Source: an uncultured Planctomycetales bacterium (GTDB taxonomy: Bacteria > Omnitrophota > Gorgyraeia > Gygaellales > Profunditerraquicolaceae). From it: a stretch of DNA of 64,000 nucleotides. The stretch's first letter is position 1. Each line of letters starts with the position of its first letter. The stretch is from NCBI GenBank assembly GCA_964603585.1, contig CAZRVK010000001.1:271856-335855 (forward strand), given 5' to 3'. Below, piece after piece: positions 49,435 through 60,680 of the stretch. The position numbers and the translations under genes were made by a program. The notes below the pieces were generated by a model. The model made no database searches, was not told where the DNA came from, and was given only the letters and a program-made list of their open reading frames with translations.

Positions 49435-50199
49435 CTAACAGCTTAGTTTAAAAAATTGCCTGGCATTTTGAGAAGTAACTCGCGCAACTTCCTCTAAACT
49501 CACCGCTTTAATCTGTGCTATTTGTTCTGCCACATATTTAATATACGCTGGCTCATTACGCCTGCCGCGTAAACCTTCCGGAGAAAGATACGGAGCATCA
49601 GTTTCCAGAAAAATCCTTTCCAAAGGCACTGTCCTGATGATATCCCTCAAGGCACCTGTGTTCTTATAAGTTATATTAGCTGTAAACGAAACAAAAAAGC
49701 CTAAACTAAGAATTTCCTGCAGGAACTCTTGATCTTGAGAAAAACAATGGACTACACCCCTAAGAGGCAGCGTATCCTTAATGATCTTTAGCGTATCCCT
49801 TGAAGCATCACGGCTGTGAATAATCACCGGCAGCATCATCTGCCGGCTCAAATTCAAGAAATCCGCAAACATTAACCTTTGATTGGCAGGCTTGGAATAA
49901 TTCTTATAATAATCCAACCCGATTTCCCCGATCGCGACTACCTTATTATTCGCGGCTAATTCTGCGACCGCAGAATAAACATCTTCATCGAAAGTATCCG
50001 CATCATGCGGATGCACCCCGACCGCAGCATAAACCAGGTCATACCGCAAGGCAAGCTCTACCGAAGCTTGTGAGCTTTTCAGATCGGCTCCGACATTGAT
50101 CAGATTATCCAGCCCTGAAGATTTGGCATGTTTTATCAAATCATCACGGTCCGGATCAAATGCCGGAAAGTCCAGATGGCAATGCGTATCGATAAACAT
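49435..50199 (-). CDS. tatD: TatD-family metal-dependent hydrolase (DNase)
   Basis: FIDTHCHLD start. Confidence 0.85.
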   Translation of the reverse strand: MFIDTHCHLDFPAFDPDRDDLIKHAKSSGLDNLINVGADLKSSQASVELALRYDLVYAAVGVHPHDADTFDEDVYSAVAELAANNKVVAIGEIGLDYYKNYSKPANQRLMFADFLNLSRQMMLPVIIHSRDASRDTLKIIKDTLPLRGVVHCFSQDQEFLQEILSLGFFVSFTANITYKNTGALRDIIRTVPLERIFLETDAPYLSPEGLRGRRNEPAYIKYVAEQIAQIKAVSLEEVARVTSQNARQFFKLSC

Positions 50200-50207
50200 A
50201 TACCCTT

Positions 50208-51743
50208 TTAATCAGCCTTTTTCCTGGTTTCGATGCGGGGGAATAACGGATTGCCTTTTTTGATCTTATCCGTGCCCGGGGCACCTATTTGTTCGATTAT
50301 AGCAACAGATACATTAGGCATAAAAGGATAGATTTGCATGGCAACCTGACGGATAACATCCACCAATAAAGAGATAAAATTCTTAAGCTCCTGGCCTCTA
50401 TTTTCTTTTGCCAGGTTCCAGGGTTTTGTCTCCTCTACATATTTATTCGCCAGGTTAACTAATTCCCAGATATTCTCCAAGGCATACGAATAATCTAATT
50501 TTACCTGTAACCCCAAAGAAACTTCTTCTTTCAAAGAACCGATCTTCTCCTGGATCACCTTTGCCTGCGGAGTATCCTGCAGACATCCCTGGGGGATGTT
50601 TCCCGCGTAATATTTCTCGATCATAGTAAGAGTTCGGTAAACAAGGTTACCTAAATCATTGGCTAAATCATCATTAAAACGCTTTATTATCGCCTCCTCC
50701 GAAAAGTTCCCATCCTGCCCGAAAGAAACATCCCGTAAAAGAAAATACCGATAAGCATCTATCCCGAATTTCCCGGCCACTTCCAGGGGATCCACCACAT
50801 TCCCCTTTGATTTAGACATTTTCGCTTGATCAATCATCCACCAGCCATGGGCAAAAACCGTATCCGGCAGCCTTATTCCTAAAGCCATAAGCATTATCGG
50901 CCAATAAACCGCGTGCTGGCGTAAAATATCCTTGCCGATCAAATGTATGACTTTAACATCTTTATCCCACCACTTTGAGCGATAAATACCATCCCGGCCA
51001 AACTCCCCCACAGCACTGATATAATTGATCAAAGCATCAAACCAGACATAGGTAACATGCTCCGGACTAAAAGGCAGCGGGATCCCCCAGTTTAAACGGG
51101 CTTTAGGCCGGGAGATGCACAAATCCTCTAATTTATTTAATTTCAGGAAACTCTGCACCTCATGCCGGCGGATATGCGGAAGGATAAAATATTCATGCTG
51201 GTCTATATAATCCTTCAGCCTTTCCTGGTAGGAAGAGATCCTGAAAAAATAATTGGTTTCGCTTATTTTCTCAACCGGCCTCTTGCAGTCAGGACAAACC
51301 TGTCCGCTAATCTGGGTCTTGGGCCAAAAGGTCTCGCAAGGCGCACAATACCAGCCTTCATACTTGTCCTGATATATATCACCTTTATCCTTTAAGATAT
51401 TCAACACCTGCTCAACAGCATTGATATGCCTGGGCTGGCTGGTACGGATAAAATCATTATTGGCAATGCCTAATCTTTCCAGTAAATCATAAAATTGAGT
51501 GGACACCTTATCCACAAACTCCTGCGGAGTGACCCCTGCCTCATCGGATGCCTTTTGCACCTTCTGCCCGTGTTCATCTGTACCGGTCAAGAACCATACA
51601 TTCGTATTGTCTTTACCGAGCGCCTTATCCTGCCAATAATAACGCGCCAACGTATCGGCAGCAATACTGGTATAAGAATGCCCGATATGCGGGGCAGCAT
51701 TCACATAATATATGGGTGTTGTAATATAAAATTTATCTAACAT
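50208..51743 (-). CDS. metG: Methionine--tRNA ligase (short form)
   Basis: HIGH motif (PHIGHSYT), KMSKS, and zinc knuckle CxxC..CxxC. Confidence 0.95.
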   Translation of the reverse strand: MLDKFYITTPIYYVNAAPHIGHSYTSIAADTLARYYWQDKALGKDNTNVWFLTGTDEHGQKVQKASDEAGVTPQEFVDKVSTQFYDLLERLGIANNDFIRTSQPRHINAVEQVLNILKDKGDIYQDKYEGWYCAPCETFWPKTQISGQVCPDCKRPVEKISETNYFFRISSYQERLKDYIDQHEYFILPHIRRHEVQSFLKLNKLEDLCISRPKARLNWGIPLPFSPEHVTYVWFDALINYISAVGEFGRDGIYRSKWWDKDVKVIHLIGKDILRQHAVYWPIMLMALGIRLPDTVFAHGWWMIDQAKMSKSKGNVVDPLEVAGKFGIDAYRYFLLRDVSFGQDGNFSEEAIIKRFNDDLANDLGNLVYRTLTMIEKYYAGNIPQGCLQDTPQAKVIQEKIGSLKEEVSLGLQVKLDYSYALENIWELVNLANKYVEETKPWNLAKENRGQELKNFISLLVDVIRQVAMQIYPFMPNVSVAIIEQIGAPGTDKIKKGNPLFPRIETRKKAD

Positions 51744-52629
51744 CTCTCTTCATCCCTCGACTTTTCGTCCCTTCATCCCTTGTCCCTTCATCCTTTCGCC
51801 CCTCATCCTTCCTGGGATCGGTGCGTAAAGCAGGTCTACTGGCCCCTTCTTTAAAGTTAACTTCAAAATAACCGCCATCTTCCAACTCAACGGTCGCGGT
51901 ACGCTTAAAAACATTCACATTAATGACTTTGCCTTTGCCTTTTTCAGTCAGGATCTTTTCTCCCTCACGCGGCAGACCTTTGGATAAAGCCTTATAGGTA
52001 TCATATTCAAAACTCAAACAGCACATCAATCTGCCGCACAATCCTGATATTTTGGGAGGATTTAACGGCAATCCTTCTTCTTTTGCCATTTTAATGGTCA
52101 CTGGCTCAAAATCCTTAAGGAACTTTTTACAGCAAAGTTCCCTGCCGCAAGAACCGAAACCACCAAACAATTTCGCTTCATCTCTAACACCAATATGGCG
52201 CAGTTCAATCCTGGCCTTAAAGATCTTGGCCAGATCCTTTGCCAGGTCACGAAAATCCACCCGCTCTGCGGCAGTAAAATAAAAAATTATCTTGGTCCGG
52301 TCGAAGGAATATTCCGCCTGTACCAGTTTCATATCCAGTTTGTGATCAACGATCTTTTTCCCGCAGGTTATCATTGCCTCTTTCGCTTTAAGCCGGTTTT
52401 CCTCAATCTGCTTTAGATCCCCTAAAGAGGCGATACGAATGAGCTTCTTGATCGGTTCCTTCGAAATATTATCCGCACGGGTATCGCATGAGGAAACAAT
52501 CTGCCCATAATCCATCCCGCGGTCATGTTCAACGATAACATAATCACCTTCTTTTATCGAGACTTCAGAAACCGCGCAATTATAAACCTGCCCCGAATCC
52601 CTTAAACGCACCAAGATCGCCTTATCCAT
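51733..52629 (-). CDS. PSP1 C-terminal domain protein (YaaT/RicT-like)
   Basis: PSP1 domain with C-rich motifs (CGRELCC, CGRLMCC) and a low-complexity KDEG-repeat tail. Confidence 0.8.
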   Translation of the reverse strand: MDKAILVRLRDSGQVYNCAVSEVSIKEGDYVIVEHDRGMDYGQIVSSCDTRADNISKEPIKKLIRIASLGDLKQIEENRLKAKEAMITCGKKIVDHKLDMKLVQAEYSFDRTKIIFYFTAAERVDFRDLAKDLAKIFKARIELRHIGVRDEAKLFGGFGSCGRELCCKKFLKDFEPVTIKMAKEEGLPLNPPKISGLCGRLMCCLSFEYDTYKALSKGLPREGEKILTEKGKGKVINVNVFKRTATVELEDGGYFEVNFKEGASRPALRTDPRKDEGRKDEGTRDEGTKSRGMKRDVR

Positions 52630-52634
52630 TATTT

Positions 52635-53621
52635 CTATCCTTTCATAGCCGCTTTTAGATTCGATACCAGTAACTTAGTGTTTATATTATGCTCCAAATA
52701 TTTTATGCTGTCAGAAACAAACTTGATCCGGAGTTCAATCCCCATAAGGGAACAAAGATTAGCTTCTTTCAATAATTCTTGTTTCCGGTCAAGATTGATC
52801 AACTGACTGTCTATTACCCCTGACTTGATCAAATACATATCCCTAAGCCATGCCGCAACGGTATTCAAGCAATCCCGCAGTTGAGCCCTGTTTTCAAAGG
52901 ATATTGCCGAATCAGAATAACCGCGCCCTAAGCATAACTGATCGATAATACGGTTCTTGTGTTTAAGAATATCCGGGTTGTTCAAGCTTAAAGCAAACCC
53001 TAACCGCCCTTCAGAGAAAAAAGAAACAAAGTGCGCCAAATCAACCGAAAAACCGTAATCAGAATGTAATATACGTTCAAGCTCGCGCCGAGGCAAAGGG
53101 AAAAACCGTACAACCTGGCAGCGTGAAATTATCGTCTTTAATAATAAGGACGGTTTATGCGTAACCAAAATTATCAAACTATGTCCAGGGGTATCTTCCA
53201 AAGTCTTTAAAAGGGCGTTGGAAGATTCCAGGCTTAAATTATGCGCATTATCAATGACCGTGACACTGAACTTTCCCTCATAAGGCCTTAGATTAACCAG
53301 GCGCTGCAAATTACGAATATCTTCGATCTTTATCGTATCGGATTTCTGGCCGGATCCATCAGATATATCCGGGATAAAATGCAAATCCGGATGATTGTTT
53401 TGAGATATCTTCAGACACGAATCACACTTTCCACAAACCGCAAATTCCCCGGACTCGCAATTCAAAACCCTGGCAAACTCTAAAGCCACAAGCCTTTTTC
53501 CAATTGACTCTACCCCGGTAAAAAGATAAACTTTAGCAAGTCGTTGAGACAAAAAAGATTCCCGGAGTAATTCAATGGCGCCAGCATGCCCGCAAATATC
53601 CTTGAAGTTCATAACAATCAA
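52635..53621 (-). CDS. holB: DNA polymerase III subunit delta'
   Basis: AAA+ clamp-loader fold with a zinc module (CGKCDSC). Confidence 0.8.
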   Translation of the reverse strand: MIVMNFKDICGHAGAIELLRESFLSQRLAKVYLFTGVESIGKRLVALEFARVLNCESGEFAVCGKCDSCLKISQNNHPDLHFIPDISDGSGQKSDTIKIEDIRNLQRLVNLRPYEGKFSVTVIDNAHNLSLESSNALLKTLEDTPGHSLIILVTHKPSLLLKTIISRCQVVRFFPLPRRELERILHSDYGFSVDLAHFVSFFSEGRLGFALSLNNPDILKHKNRIIDQLCLGRGYSDSAISFENRAQLRDCLNTVAAWLRDMYLIKSGVIDSQLINLDRKQELLKEANLCSLMGIELRIKFVSDSIKYLEHNINTKLLVSNLKAAMKG

Positions 53622-54229
53622 CCTAGTTTTTGCAAAACCAACTGCCGTATTTTATTCTGCGTTACCACAATATCCTTGTCCACCTTGACAACCTTGATCC
53701 TTTCCGGCTCAAGCCGGGCAAGACGAAGATACCCCTGCCTGACCTTCAAATGATAAGACAGCGGCCTTTTTTCAATCCGGTCCTTAGTAACCCGGTATTT
53801 AAGTCCCTTTTTTACCGGCAGGTCCATCAGGATCGTTAGATCAGGAGATACCGCTCCAGTTGCGAATCTCCCGATCAATTTTATAATTTTAACATCAATT
53901 CCCAATCCATACCCCTGATAAGCAATCGTAGAATCCAGGAAACGATCACAGATAACGATCTTGCCGGAATCAAGCGCAGGCTTAATAAGGTCACAAACCA
54001 CCTGCGCGCGGGCGGCCATATAAAGCAGCATCTCCGCCTGCGCCGACATCCCAACATTCCTGGGATCCAAAAGAATCGCCCTGATTTTTTCACTGATCTT
54101 AATCCCCCCCGGCTCACGCAAAAAAACAACTTTATGCCCCAGAGATTCCAGGTATTCCTGCAGCAGCTTAGAATGCGTACTCTTCCCGCACCCTTCCGAA
54201 CCTTCGAATGTAATAAACTGTGCCTTCAT
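53618..54229 (-). CDS. tmk: Thymidylate kinase
   Basis: P-loop FITFEGSEGCGKST and DRF motif. Confidence 0.9.
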   Translation of the reverse strand: MKAQFITFEGSEGCGKSTHSKLLQEYLESLGHKVVFLREPGGIKISEKIRAILLDPRNVGMSAQAEMLLYMAARAQVVCDLIKPALDSGKIVICDRFLDSTIAYQGYGLGIDVKIIKLIGRFATGAVSPDLTILMDLPVKKGLKYRVTKDRIEKRPLSYHLKVRQGYLRLARLEPERIKVVKVDKDIVVTQNKIRQLVLQKLG

Positions 54230-54286
54230 AAATATGCCTCTTTAAATGAACCGGGAATTACACAAAACCATTACTGCAATAAATAT

Positions 54287-55681
54287 TTATTCTGAAATGA
54301 CCTCAATAAAACTGGTGGCATTGCCCGTATCAACCGGAGAAAACCCCATTCGCGTTATTTCATCCCTTATTTTATCAGCCGCAGGATATTCCTTTTTTCT
54401 TTTCAAACGTATCCTTTCTTCATTTTTTTCTTTGACTATATCAGGGACTGAAGCAACAGGCTTAACCCCCAGGCCTAAAAGACCTAAACATTTCTTGACC
54501 TTGTCCAAGGCATAAATATACGTCCCCTCCCGGCTGGAGGCATAATCAATTAATGTAAATAAACAACCAACTGCTTGAGGGGTATTAAAATCGTCATCCA
54601 TTGCTGCTTCGAATCTTGCATAAATTTCATCAAGCTTCGCCTTATCTTTTTCTGATAACAAAGGCTTGGCCTTGCCTTCTTCATCCACGGACGTACTGAC
54701 CTTATCGAGAAAAGCCTTGAAACTCTTTCTTTGTTTTACTGCTTCTTCGATCTTTTCCTGGGTATAATCGATCGGATGCGAATAATGCGCAGATAAAAAG
54801 AACAATTTCAAGAGGTCGGCATCTTTATATTTTTCCATAAAGTCCTTTATCGTAATGAAATTCCCCAAAGACTTGGACATCTTCTGGGAATTAATCGTCA
54901 AAAGCCCATGATGTATCCAGTATTTGGCAAAAGGTTTATCCGTCAATGCCTCGGACTGGGCAATTTCATTTTCATGATGTGGGAATATCAAATCCCTGCC
55001 TCCGGCATGTATATCAAGAGTATCCACGCCTAAGAACTTTTGCGACATAACCGAACACTCGATATGCCAACCCGGACGGCCTTTTCCCCAAGGGCTCTCC
55101 CAATAAGGCTCATTATCCTTTGATCTTTTCCAGAGAGCAAAATCCAAAGGGTCTTTTTTTAAAGCAGAAGTCTCGATTCGAGAACCTGGCTCCATCTCAT
55201 CTATACCCTGGCCGGACAATTTACCGTAACCACTGAATTTTCGGACATTAAAATACACATCGCCTTCTACATCATAAGCATAACCTTTATCGATAAGCGC
55301 CTGTATGTATTTGATCATCTCCGGGATATTTTCTGTGGCCCGGGGTTCAAAATCGCCTTTTTTCACGCCTAAAGACCCTAAATCTTCATAGTAACAGGCG
55401 ATATATTTGCTTACCAGCTCTTTCCAGTCTATTTTCAGGTCATTGGCACGATTGATGATCTTATCATCGATATCCGTAATATTCCGCACAAACCTTACCT
55501 TAAAACCACGATACAATAAATACCTGCGGATCAAATCAAAGATATACAGACTGCGGGCATGCCCAATATGGCTTTGGTCATAAACCGTAACTCCACAGGT
55601 ATAAATATTGACCTGGCCCGGGTTTAAAGGAAGAAACTCCTCTTTTTTGCGGGTGAGGGAATTATTGATATAAATGGCCAT
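54287..55681 (-). CDS. cysS: Cysteine--tRNA ligase
   Basis: HIGH motif (SHIGHARS) and KMSKS. Confidence 0.95.
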   Translation of the reverse strand: MAIYINNSLTRKKEEFLPLNPGQVNIYTCGVTVYDQSHIGHARSLYIFDLIRRYLLYRGFKVRFVRNITDIDDKIINRANDLKIDWKELVSKYIACYYEDLGSLGVKKGDFEPRATENIPEMIKYIQALIDKGYAYDVEGDVYFNVRKFSGYGKLSGQGIDEMEPGSRIETSALKKDPLDFALWKRSKDNEPYWESPWGKGRPGWHIECSVMSQKFLGVDTLDIHAGGRDLIFPHHENEIAQSEALTDKPFAKYWIHHGLLTINSQKMSKSLGNFITIKDFMEKYKDADLLKLFFLSAHYSHPIDYTQEKIEEAVKQRKSFKAFLDKVSTSVDEEGKAKPLLSEKDKAKLDEIYARFEAAMDDDFNTPQAVGCLFTLIDYASSREGTYIYALDKVKKCLGLLGLGVKPVASVPDIVKEKNEERIRLKRKKEYPAADKIRDEITRMGFSPVDTGNATSFIEVISE

Positions 55682-55747
55682 GGCAGGTTTCTATTCTAAA
55701 CCGGAAAGCGAAAAAGATAATTTCATCCTGACGCCTCCAGATGACTT

Positions 55748-56440
55748 TTAAATATGTGTTTTCTTATTCTCTAACTGTTCGATCCTTTTTTCCAGTTCTT
55801 CCACTGTTTGCATGATCGGGTCTAAAATATGGCTGTGTTCAAGCCCAACCTCGATCTTTTTACCGTCCTGTTTAGTGATCCTTCCCGGGACTCCAACCAC
55901 AGTAGAATTAACCGGGACATCTTTGATCACAACCGCATTAGCTCCGATATAAGAATTATCCCCTACAGTAATATTCCCCAAGACCTTGGCACCGCCGCCA
56001 ATTACCACGTTATTACCGATCGTAGGATGGCGTTTACCTTTTTCCAACCCCGTGCCTCCGAGCGTTACACCCTGGTACAACAAGACATTATCACCGATAA
56101 CTGCAGTTTCTCCAATCACCACTCCCATACCATGGTCAATGAACAATCCTCTGCCTATTTTCGCCCCCGGATGGATCTCGATGCCGGTAGCGAAACGCGA
56201 GAACTGACTGATACAGCGGGAAAGAAAGAACATCTTTGACCGGTAAAGAAAATGCGCAAACCGATGATGCATGACCGCATGCAATCCAGGATACAAGAAC
56301 AATATCTCAAAGAAACCTCTGGCTGCCGGGTCTTTTTGCTGGGCGCTTCTGATCTCTTTATAAAAAACGATAGACAATATGATTACCTTTAAAAGGAATA
56401 GAACAACTACGGCCAACAAGAACGTTATGACTAAATCCAT
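55748..56440 (-). CDS. cysE: Serine O-acetyltransferase (hexapeptide-repeat) with an N-terminal TM helix
   Basis: Left-handed beta-helix hexapeptide repeats ([17 protein letters not shown]..). Confidence 0.8.
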   Translation of the reverse strand: MDLVITFLLAVVVLFLLKVIILSIVFYKEIRSAQQKDPAARGFFEILFLYPGLHAVMHHRFAHFLYRSKMFFLSRCISQFSRFATGIEIHPGAKIGRGLFIDHGMGVVIGETAVIGDNVLLYQGVTLGGTGLEKGKRHPTIGNNVVIGGGAKVLGNITVGDNSYIGANAVVIKDVPVNSTVVGVPGRITKQDGKKIEVGLEHSHILDPIMQTVEELEKRIEQLENKKTHI

Positions 56441-56444
56441 AGGA

Positions 56445-56939
56445 TCATGCCTCCTTAGCGATCAAAACTACCGCATATGCGGCAATCGCCTCCTTCTTTC
56501 CTAACTCCGATAAACCTTCATTTGTTTTTGCCTTTATACTTATGCAGGATTCCTTAACGTTCAGTATACGGGCTATTTCCTGCTGAATACCTTTTTTAAA
56601 GAGGGTTAGTTTTGGCTCTTCGGCAATCACCACCGTATCGATATTGCCAATATTGTAACCGTGATTCTTGACTAATTCATATACTTTTATCAATAATTCC
56701 GTACTGGCGATCCCTTCATAAGCTGGCGCAGTATCCGGAAAATGCTGGCCGATATCGCCCTCCGAAACCGCCCCCAGCAAGGCATCACAGATCGCATGTA
56801 ATAAAACATCCCCGTCTGAATGACCTAATAAACCCTTATCATATGGGATCTCAACTCCACCGATAAACAGCCTGCGACCAGCAACCAGGCGATGGATATC
56901 ATAACCCATACCTATTTTATAAGCGGAATTCATCAGCAA
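56445..56939 (-). CDS. ispF: 2-C-methyl-D-erythritol 2,4-cyclodiphosphate synthase
   Basis: [16 protein letters not shown] signature. Confidence 0.9.
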   Translation of the reverse strand: MLMNSAYKIGMGYDIHRLVAGRRLFIGGVEIPYDKGLLGHSDGDVLLHAICDALLGAVSEGDIGQHFPDTAPAYEGIASTELLIKVYELVKNHGYNIGNIDTVVIAEEPKLTLFKKGIQQEIARILNVKESCISIKAKTNEGLSELGKKEAIAAYAVVLIAKEA

Positions 56940-57689
56940 TTAACCTTTGGATGTTTTCTTAAAATCCTGATCTATCTTAAACCCTTTTGCAATGACTTCT
57001 GCAAAACACAAATCCTCTGGAGTAGTTATCTTTATATTACTATAATCACCACCGACAATACTGACCCTTGCTCCTGATTTTTCCACTAACATCGCATCAT
57101 CGGTTACCTGGCAATTGCCGAACCTTTTATAAGCCTTAAAGATCAGCTCTTTAGCAAACACCTGCGGCGTCTGTATCTCCCACAAGCTATCCCGGTCAAG
57201 CGTCTCATCCACCACCACTTTAGCTATCCCATTAGGAGAGGATCCGCTTCTCACTGACCTTGCAGCCTTTTTTATTGTCGCCTTAACCGGGACCCCTAAA
57301 ATCGCCGCACCTGTTTCACGCGCCTTAAGGAGCAAAGAAGAAATCTCTTTTTGCCTAATAAAAGGCCGGGCAGAATCATGGATAAGAACGAACCCGCTTT
57401 TACTGTCTATTTGCGCTAAGCCACACACCACGGAATCCTGCCGTAACCGGCCGCCCAAAACGATCTTTTTAGCTTTTGTAATACGGTGTTTCTTGATCAG
57501 ACTGTTTACTTGCCGGTAATTCAGCGGGTTAACCACAACTACGATCTCCTTGACCTGCGGATGAACATTCAACTGCTTCAAGGAAAACAGTATAAGCGGA
57601 ATACCCCTCACGTGCACAAGCGGTTTCGAGGTTTTTTTTCCAAACCTCTTCCCTAACCCTGCAGCAAGAAGGATCGCGCTAACTCGCAT
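56940..57689 (-). CDS. ispD: 2-C-methyl-D-erythritol 4-phosphate cytidylyltransferase
   Basis: AILLAAGLGKRFG signature. Confidence 0.9.
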   Translation of the reverse strand: MRVSAILLAAGLGKRFGKKTSKPLVHVRGIPLILFSLKQLNVHPQVKEIVVVVNPLNYRQVNSLIKKHRITKAKKIVLGGRLRQDSVVCGLAQIDSKSGFVLIHDSARPFIRQKEISSLLLKARETGAAILGVPVKATIKKAARSVRSGSSPNGIAKVVVDETLDRDSLWEIQTPQVFAKELIFKAYKRFGNCQVTDDAMLVEKSGARVSIVGGDYSNIKITTPEDLCFAEVIAKGFKIDQDFKKTSKG

Positions 57690-57691
57690 AA

Positions 57692-58672
57692 CTACCGCTC
57701 AATTTTAGCAAATATCATCCGCCCCGCCTGGGTCTGCAGAACGGAAGTAACCATCGCTTTTATATCCTGACCAAGAAGCCTTCGGCCGTCCTCAACTACG
57801 ATCATCGTGCCGTCATCAAGATAACCGATCGCCTGATTATGCTCTTTTCCTTCCTTTATCAGTTTAACCTGGATCAATTCACCAGGGAACACTACCGGCT
57901 TTAAGGCATTGGAAAGCTCATTGATATTAAGCACCTTTACCCCTTGAAGGGTTGCCACCCTGTTCAAGTTAAAATCCACAGTCAATATCTTTGCGCCCAT
58001 CACTTTAGCCAGCTTCACCAGTTTTGCATCCACCTCCTGAATTTCAGGAAAATCCTCTTCATGCAAAGAAATATCCTGGGCAGATTCCTTTTGTATTGTA
58101 TGTAAAATATCCAGTCCGCGCCTGCCCCGCTGTCGCTTTATCGGGTCTGTGGAATCAGCTATCTGCTGTAACTCCTTTAAGACAAATTTCGGGATGACGA
58201 TTTTACCTTCAAGGAACTTGGTTTTAATTATATCCTGAATCCTGCCGTCAATAATAACAGAGGTATCTAAAACTGCCAGCTCTTCTACCTGATCCTGGCG
58301 CTTCAGGCGGACATAAGGAATAATGATATTGAACTCATCCTTACCGCGCAACCCCAGCACCATCCCCAGGTAACAAAAGATCATCGTTAAAATAAGCTTG
58401 ATCACCGGCATGTTCTCTATAGGAAATGGGGCAAAGATAAACGCATCAGTTACCAGTTTTGCCATGATCAGCCCAAGGATCAATCCAAAAACGGCACTGG
58501 AAAGCCCCCGTACCGAAACCTTGCGCATAATGATCTCCAGGAAAATTATAACAAGCCCCGATAACAGGCCAAGCAAGGCACCTAAAATATTGGGGTCTTT
58601 AAAAGCAAAGGTCTGGTACCCGACCACTGCACTTGCACTTAAAAAAAGAATGCGCGCTAAAAATAAATTCAT
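57692..58672 (-). CDS. YacL-like membrane protein with PIN and TRAM domains
   Basis: N-terminal TM helices, PIN domain ([10 protein letters not shown]), C-terminal TRAM. It occupies the conserved YacL position between radA and ispD. Confidence 0.75.
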   Translation of the reverse strand: MNLFLARILFLSASAVVGYQTFAFKDPNILGALLGLLSGLVIIFLEIIMRKVSVRGLSSAVFGLILGLIMAKLVTDAFIFAPFPIENMPVIKLILTMIFCYLGMVLGLRGKDEFNIIIPYVRLKRQDQVEELAVLDTSVIIDGRIQDIIKTKFLEGKIVIPKFVLKELQQIADSTDPIKRQRGRRGLDILHTIQKESAQDISLHEEDFPEIQEVDAKLVKLAKVMGAKILTVDFNLNRVATLQGVKVLNINELSNALKPVVFPGELIQVKLIKEGKEHNQAIGYLDDGTMIVVEDGRRLLGQDIKAMVTSVLQTQAGRMIFAKIER

Positions 58673-58674
58673 TT

Positions 58675-60045
58675 TTACCTCCTTAAGGTAAGATCCATTG
58701 CTTCCTTGAATGTTGAAACCGGTTTAAGATCGATCTGGCTGTTTTTGTAATCCAGGCTCTTACAGGTATTGCCCGGAAGCACACAATGTTTAAATCCGAG
58801 TTTTTCTGCTTCCTTGATCCGTAAACCGGCTTGAGTGATACTGCGGATCTCACCGGCCAACCCTACTTCACCTAAAAACACCGTATTTTCTAAAACACTT
58901 TGCCCGGAAAAAGCCGAGGCAACGGCCATTGCCACCGCTAAATCTGCCGCAGGATCCTCAATCTTTATCCCCCCCACTACATTAACAAAAATATCTTCCA
59001 TCTGAAGTACAAGCCCCATCCGTTTCTCCAGCACCGCAACCAGTAAATTAAGACGGTTAACATCAAAACCCTGTGTCCTTCGCAAAGGATAGCCAAAACT
59101 GGATTTACTTACCAACGACTGGATCTCGACTAAGATCGGGCGAGTGCCTTCCATAACTGAAGTCACGACCGATCCGGATTCACCTTTGGGCAAGCCCGAC
59201 AAGAATATCTCTGAAGGGTTTTGCACCTCGGATAAACCAGAAGCAGTCATTTCAAAAACCCCGATCTCATTGGTTGAGCCAAAACGGTTTTTTACCGCGC
59301 GTAAGATCCGGTAAAGAGAAAAACTATCCCCCTCGAAATACAATACCGTATCAACAATGTGCTCCAATACCCTGGGGCCAGCGATTGCCCCTTCTTTCGT
59401 AACATGCCCGATAATGAAAATAGATATCCCGCCGGCCTTAGCCATCTGGGTCAACTGCCCGGCACATTCCCTTACCTGGCTGACACTGCCGCTTGAAGAG
59501 CTGATCTCGGAAGTAAAAATGACCTGGATCGAATCAATGATCACTACCTCCGGCTTGATCTTCTTTATATACTGAAAGATCAAAGACAAATCCGTCTGAT
59601 TTACGATATAAAGATCTTCAAAGTCACCTGTTTGCCTTAAGCGTTTCGCCCGTGCAGAAGTTTGGGTAACGGATTCCTCGCCACTGACATAAAGCACCCG
59701 CTTGCCGCGCGATGTAAGTTGATTAGATATCTGCAAGGCAATCGTGGATTTCCCGACACCAGGATCTCCTCCAATTAAAACAACAGATCCCGGAACGATC
59801 CCCGAACCTAATACCCGGTCAAGCTCGGATATCCCGGTCTGGATACGGGGATCCTCTTTCAACAATACATCCTTGAGTAAAACCGGTTCATCGTTACCAG
59901 TAAACGGTCTTTCGGCAGATTTTTCCGCAGGTGAATAATCTTCTTCTATAAAAGCATTCCAGCTTTCACAGTCCGGACACTTGCCCATCCATTTAGCAGA
60001 CTGATAACCACACTTCTGGCAGGTAAATACCGGCTTAGTTTTCAT
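58675..60045 (-). CDS. radA: DNA repair protein RadA (Sms)
   Basis: Start at [14 protein letters not shown] (zinc finger), RecA-like Walker A (GDPGVGKST), KNRFG motif, Lon-like C-terminus. The listed ORF extends 22 codons upstream into mlaD. Confidence 0.9.
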   Translation of the reverse strand: MKTKPVFTCQKCGYQSAKWMGKCPDCESWNAFIEEDYSPAEKSAERPFTGNDEPVLLKDVLLKEDPRIQTGISELDRVLGSGIVPGSVVLIGGDPGVGKSTIALQISNQLTSRGKRVLYVSGEESVTQTSARAKRLRQTGDFEDLYIVNQTDLSLIFQYIKKIKPEVVIIDSIQVIFTSEISSSSGSVSQVRECAGQLTQMAKAGGISIFIIGHVTKEGAIAGPRVLEHIVDTVLYFEGDSFSLYRILRAVKNRFGSTNEIGVFEMTASGLSEVQNPSEIFLSGLPKGESGSVVTSVMEGTRPILVEIQSLVSKSSFGYPLRRTQGFDVNRLNLLVAVLEKRMGLVLQMEDIFVNVVGGIKIEDPAADLAVAMAVASAFSGQSVLENTVFLGEVGLAGEIRSITQAGLRIKEAEKLGFKHCVLPGNTCKSLDYKNSQIDLKPVSTFKEAMDLTLRR

Positions 60046-60049
60046 AAAA

Positions 60050-60664
60050 CTATTTTTTTTCTTTCGTCTTAAAGAACAGTTTCCAAGGATTCTTGCGGAT
60101 ATCCGTAACAAACGCTTCTAATTCCTTATAGATGGTATCGTCATAAAGCAGCAACCCAATAGTCCCTTCCTTGTTCTTTATCTTTACAATACTCTCGTCA
60201 ATATCTGTGGCGATCTTCTTGGCTAATTCACCAACCTCATGCATCGCCATAGGATCTTTTCCTGTCAGGCTTTCTCCAGGGGCTAAACATTTACTGTAAT
60301 CATTCCCAGGCATAATCTCTATATACTTCTCCCCTAATAAGCCTAAAGTATTAACCCAGATCGTAGAATCCAGGGGGATCTGAACCTCACGTTTGACCCA
60401 GGCCGCGATGTTTACCCGGGTAAGCAGATCTTTATCGGGCATGATAAAACTGATCCGCTTTACTTCTCCTACATCCACACCCGAAAACCTCACCGGTGCG
60501 CCTAATTTTACCCCGTTTACAAACTTAAATATGAAATTCACCTCATATCCCGAGGTCCAGGTCTTGAACCCCCCGATCGATAAAACAAATACTGCCAGAA
60601 TCACCAGCCCCGTAAAAACAAAGATCCCCACCTTGAGTTCTAACTTAGTTTTACCGAATATCAT
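60050..60664 (-). CDS. mlaD: MlaD (MCE-domain) periplasmic lipid-transport protein
   Basis: TM anchor plus MCE domain. Start trimmed to MIFGKTK to avoid overlap with mlaF. Confidence 0.7.
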   Translation of the reverse strand: MIFGKTKLELKVGIFVFTGLVILAVFVLSIGGFKTWTSGYEVNFIFKFVNGVKLGAPVRFSGVDVGEVKRISFIMPDKDLLTRVNIAAWVKREVQIPLDSTIWVNTLGLLGEKYIEIMPGNDYSKCLAPGESLTGKDPMAMHEVGELAKKIATDIDESIVKIKNKEGTIGLLLYDDTIYKELEAFVTDIRKNPWKLFFKTKEKK

Positions 60665-60680
60665 TTTATTTCGCCTCCAT

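Noticed and set aside
51743-51830. Pyrimidine-rich DNA repeat (cccttcatcc variants)
   Set aside because: It lies inside the 3' end of the PSP1/yaaT CDS, encoding a low-complexity KDEG-rich tail. This is ordinary coding microsatellite-like sequence, not an independent element.
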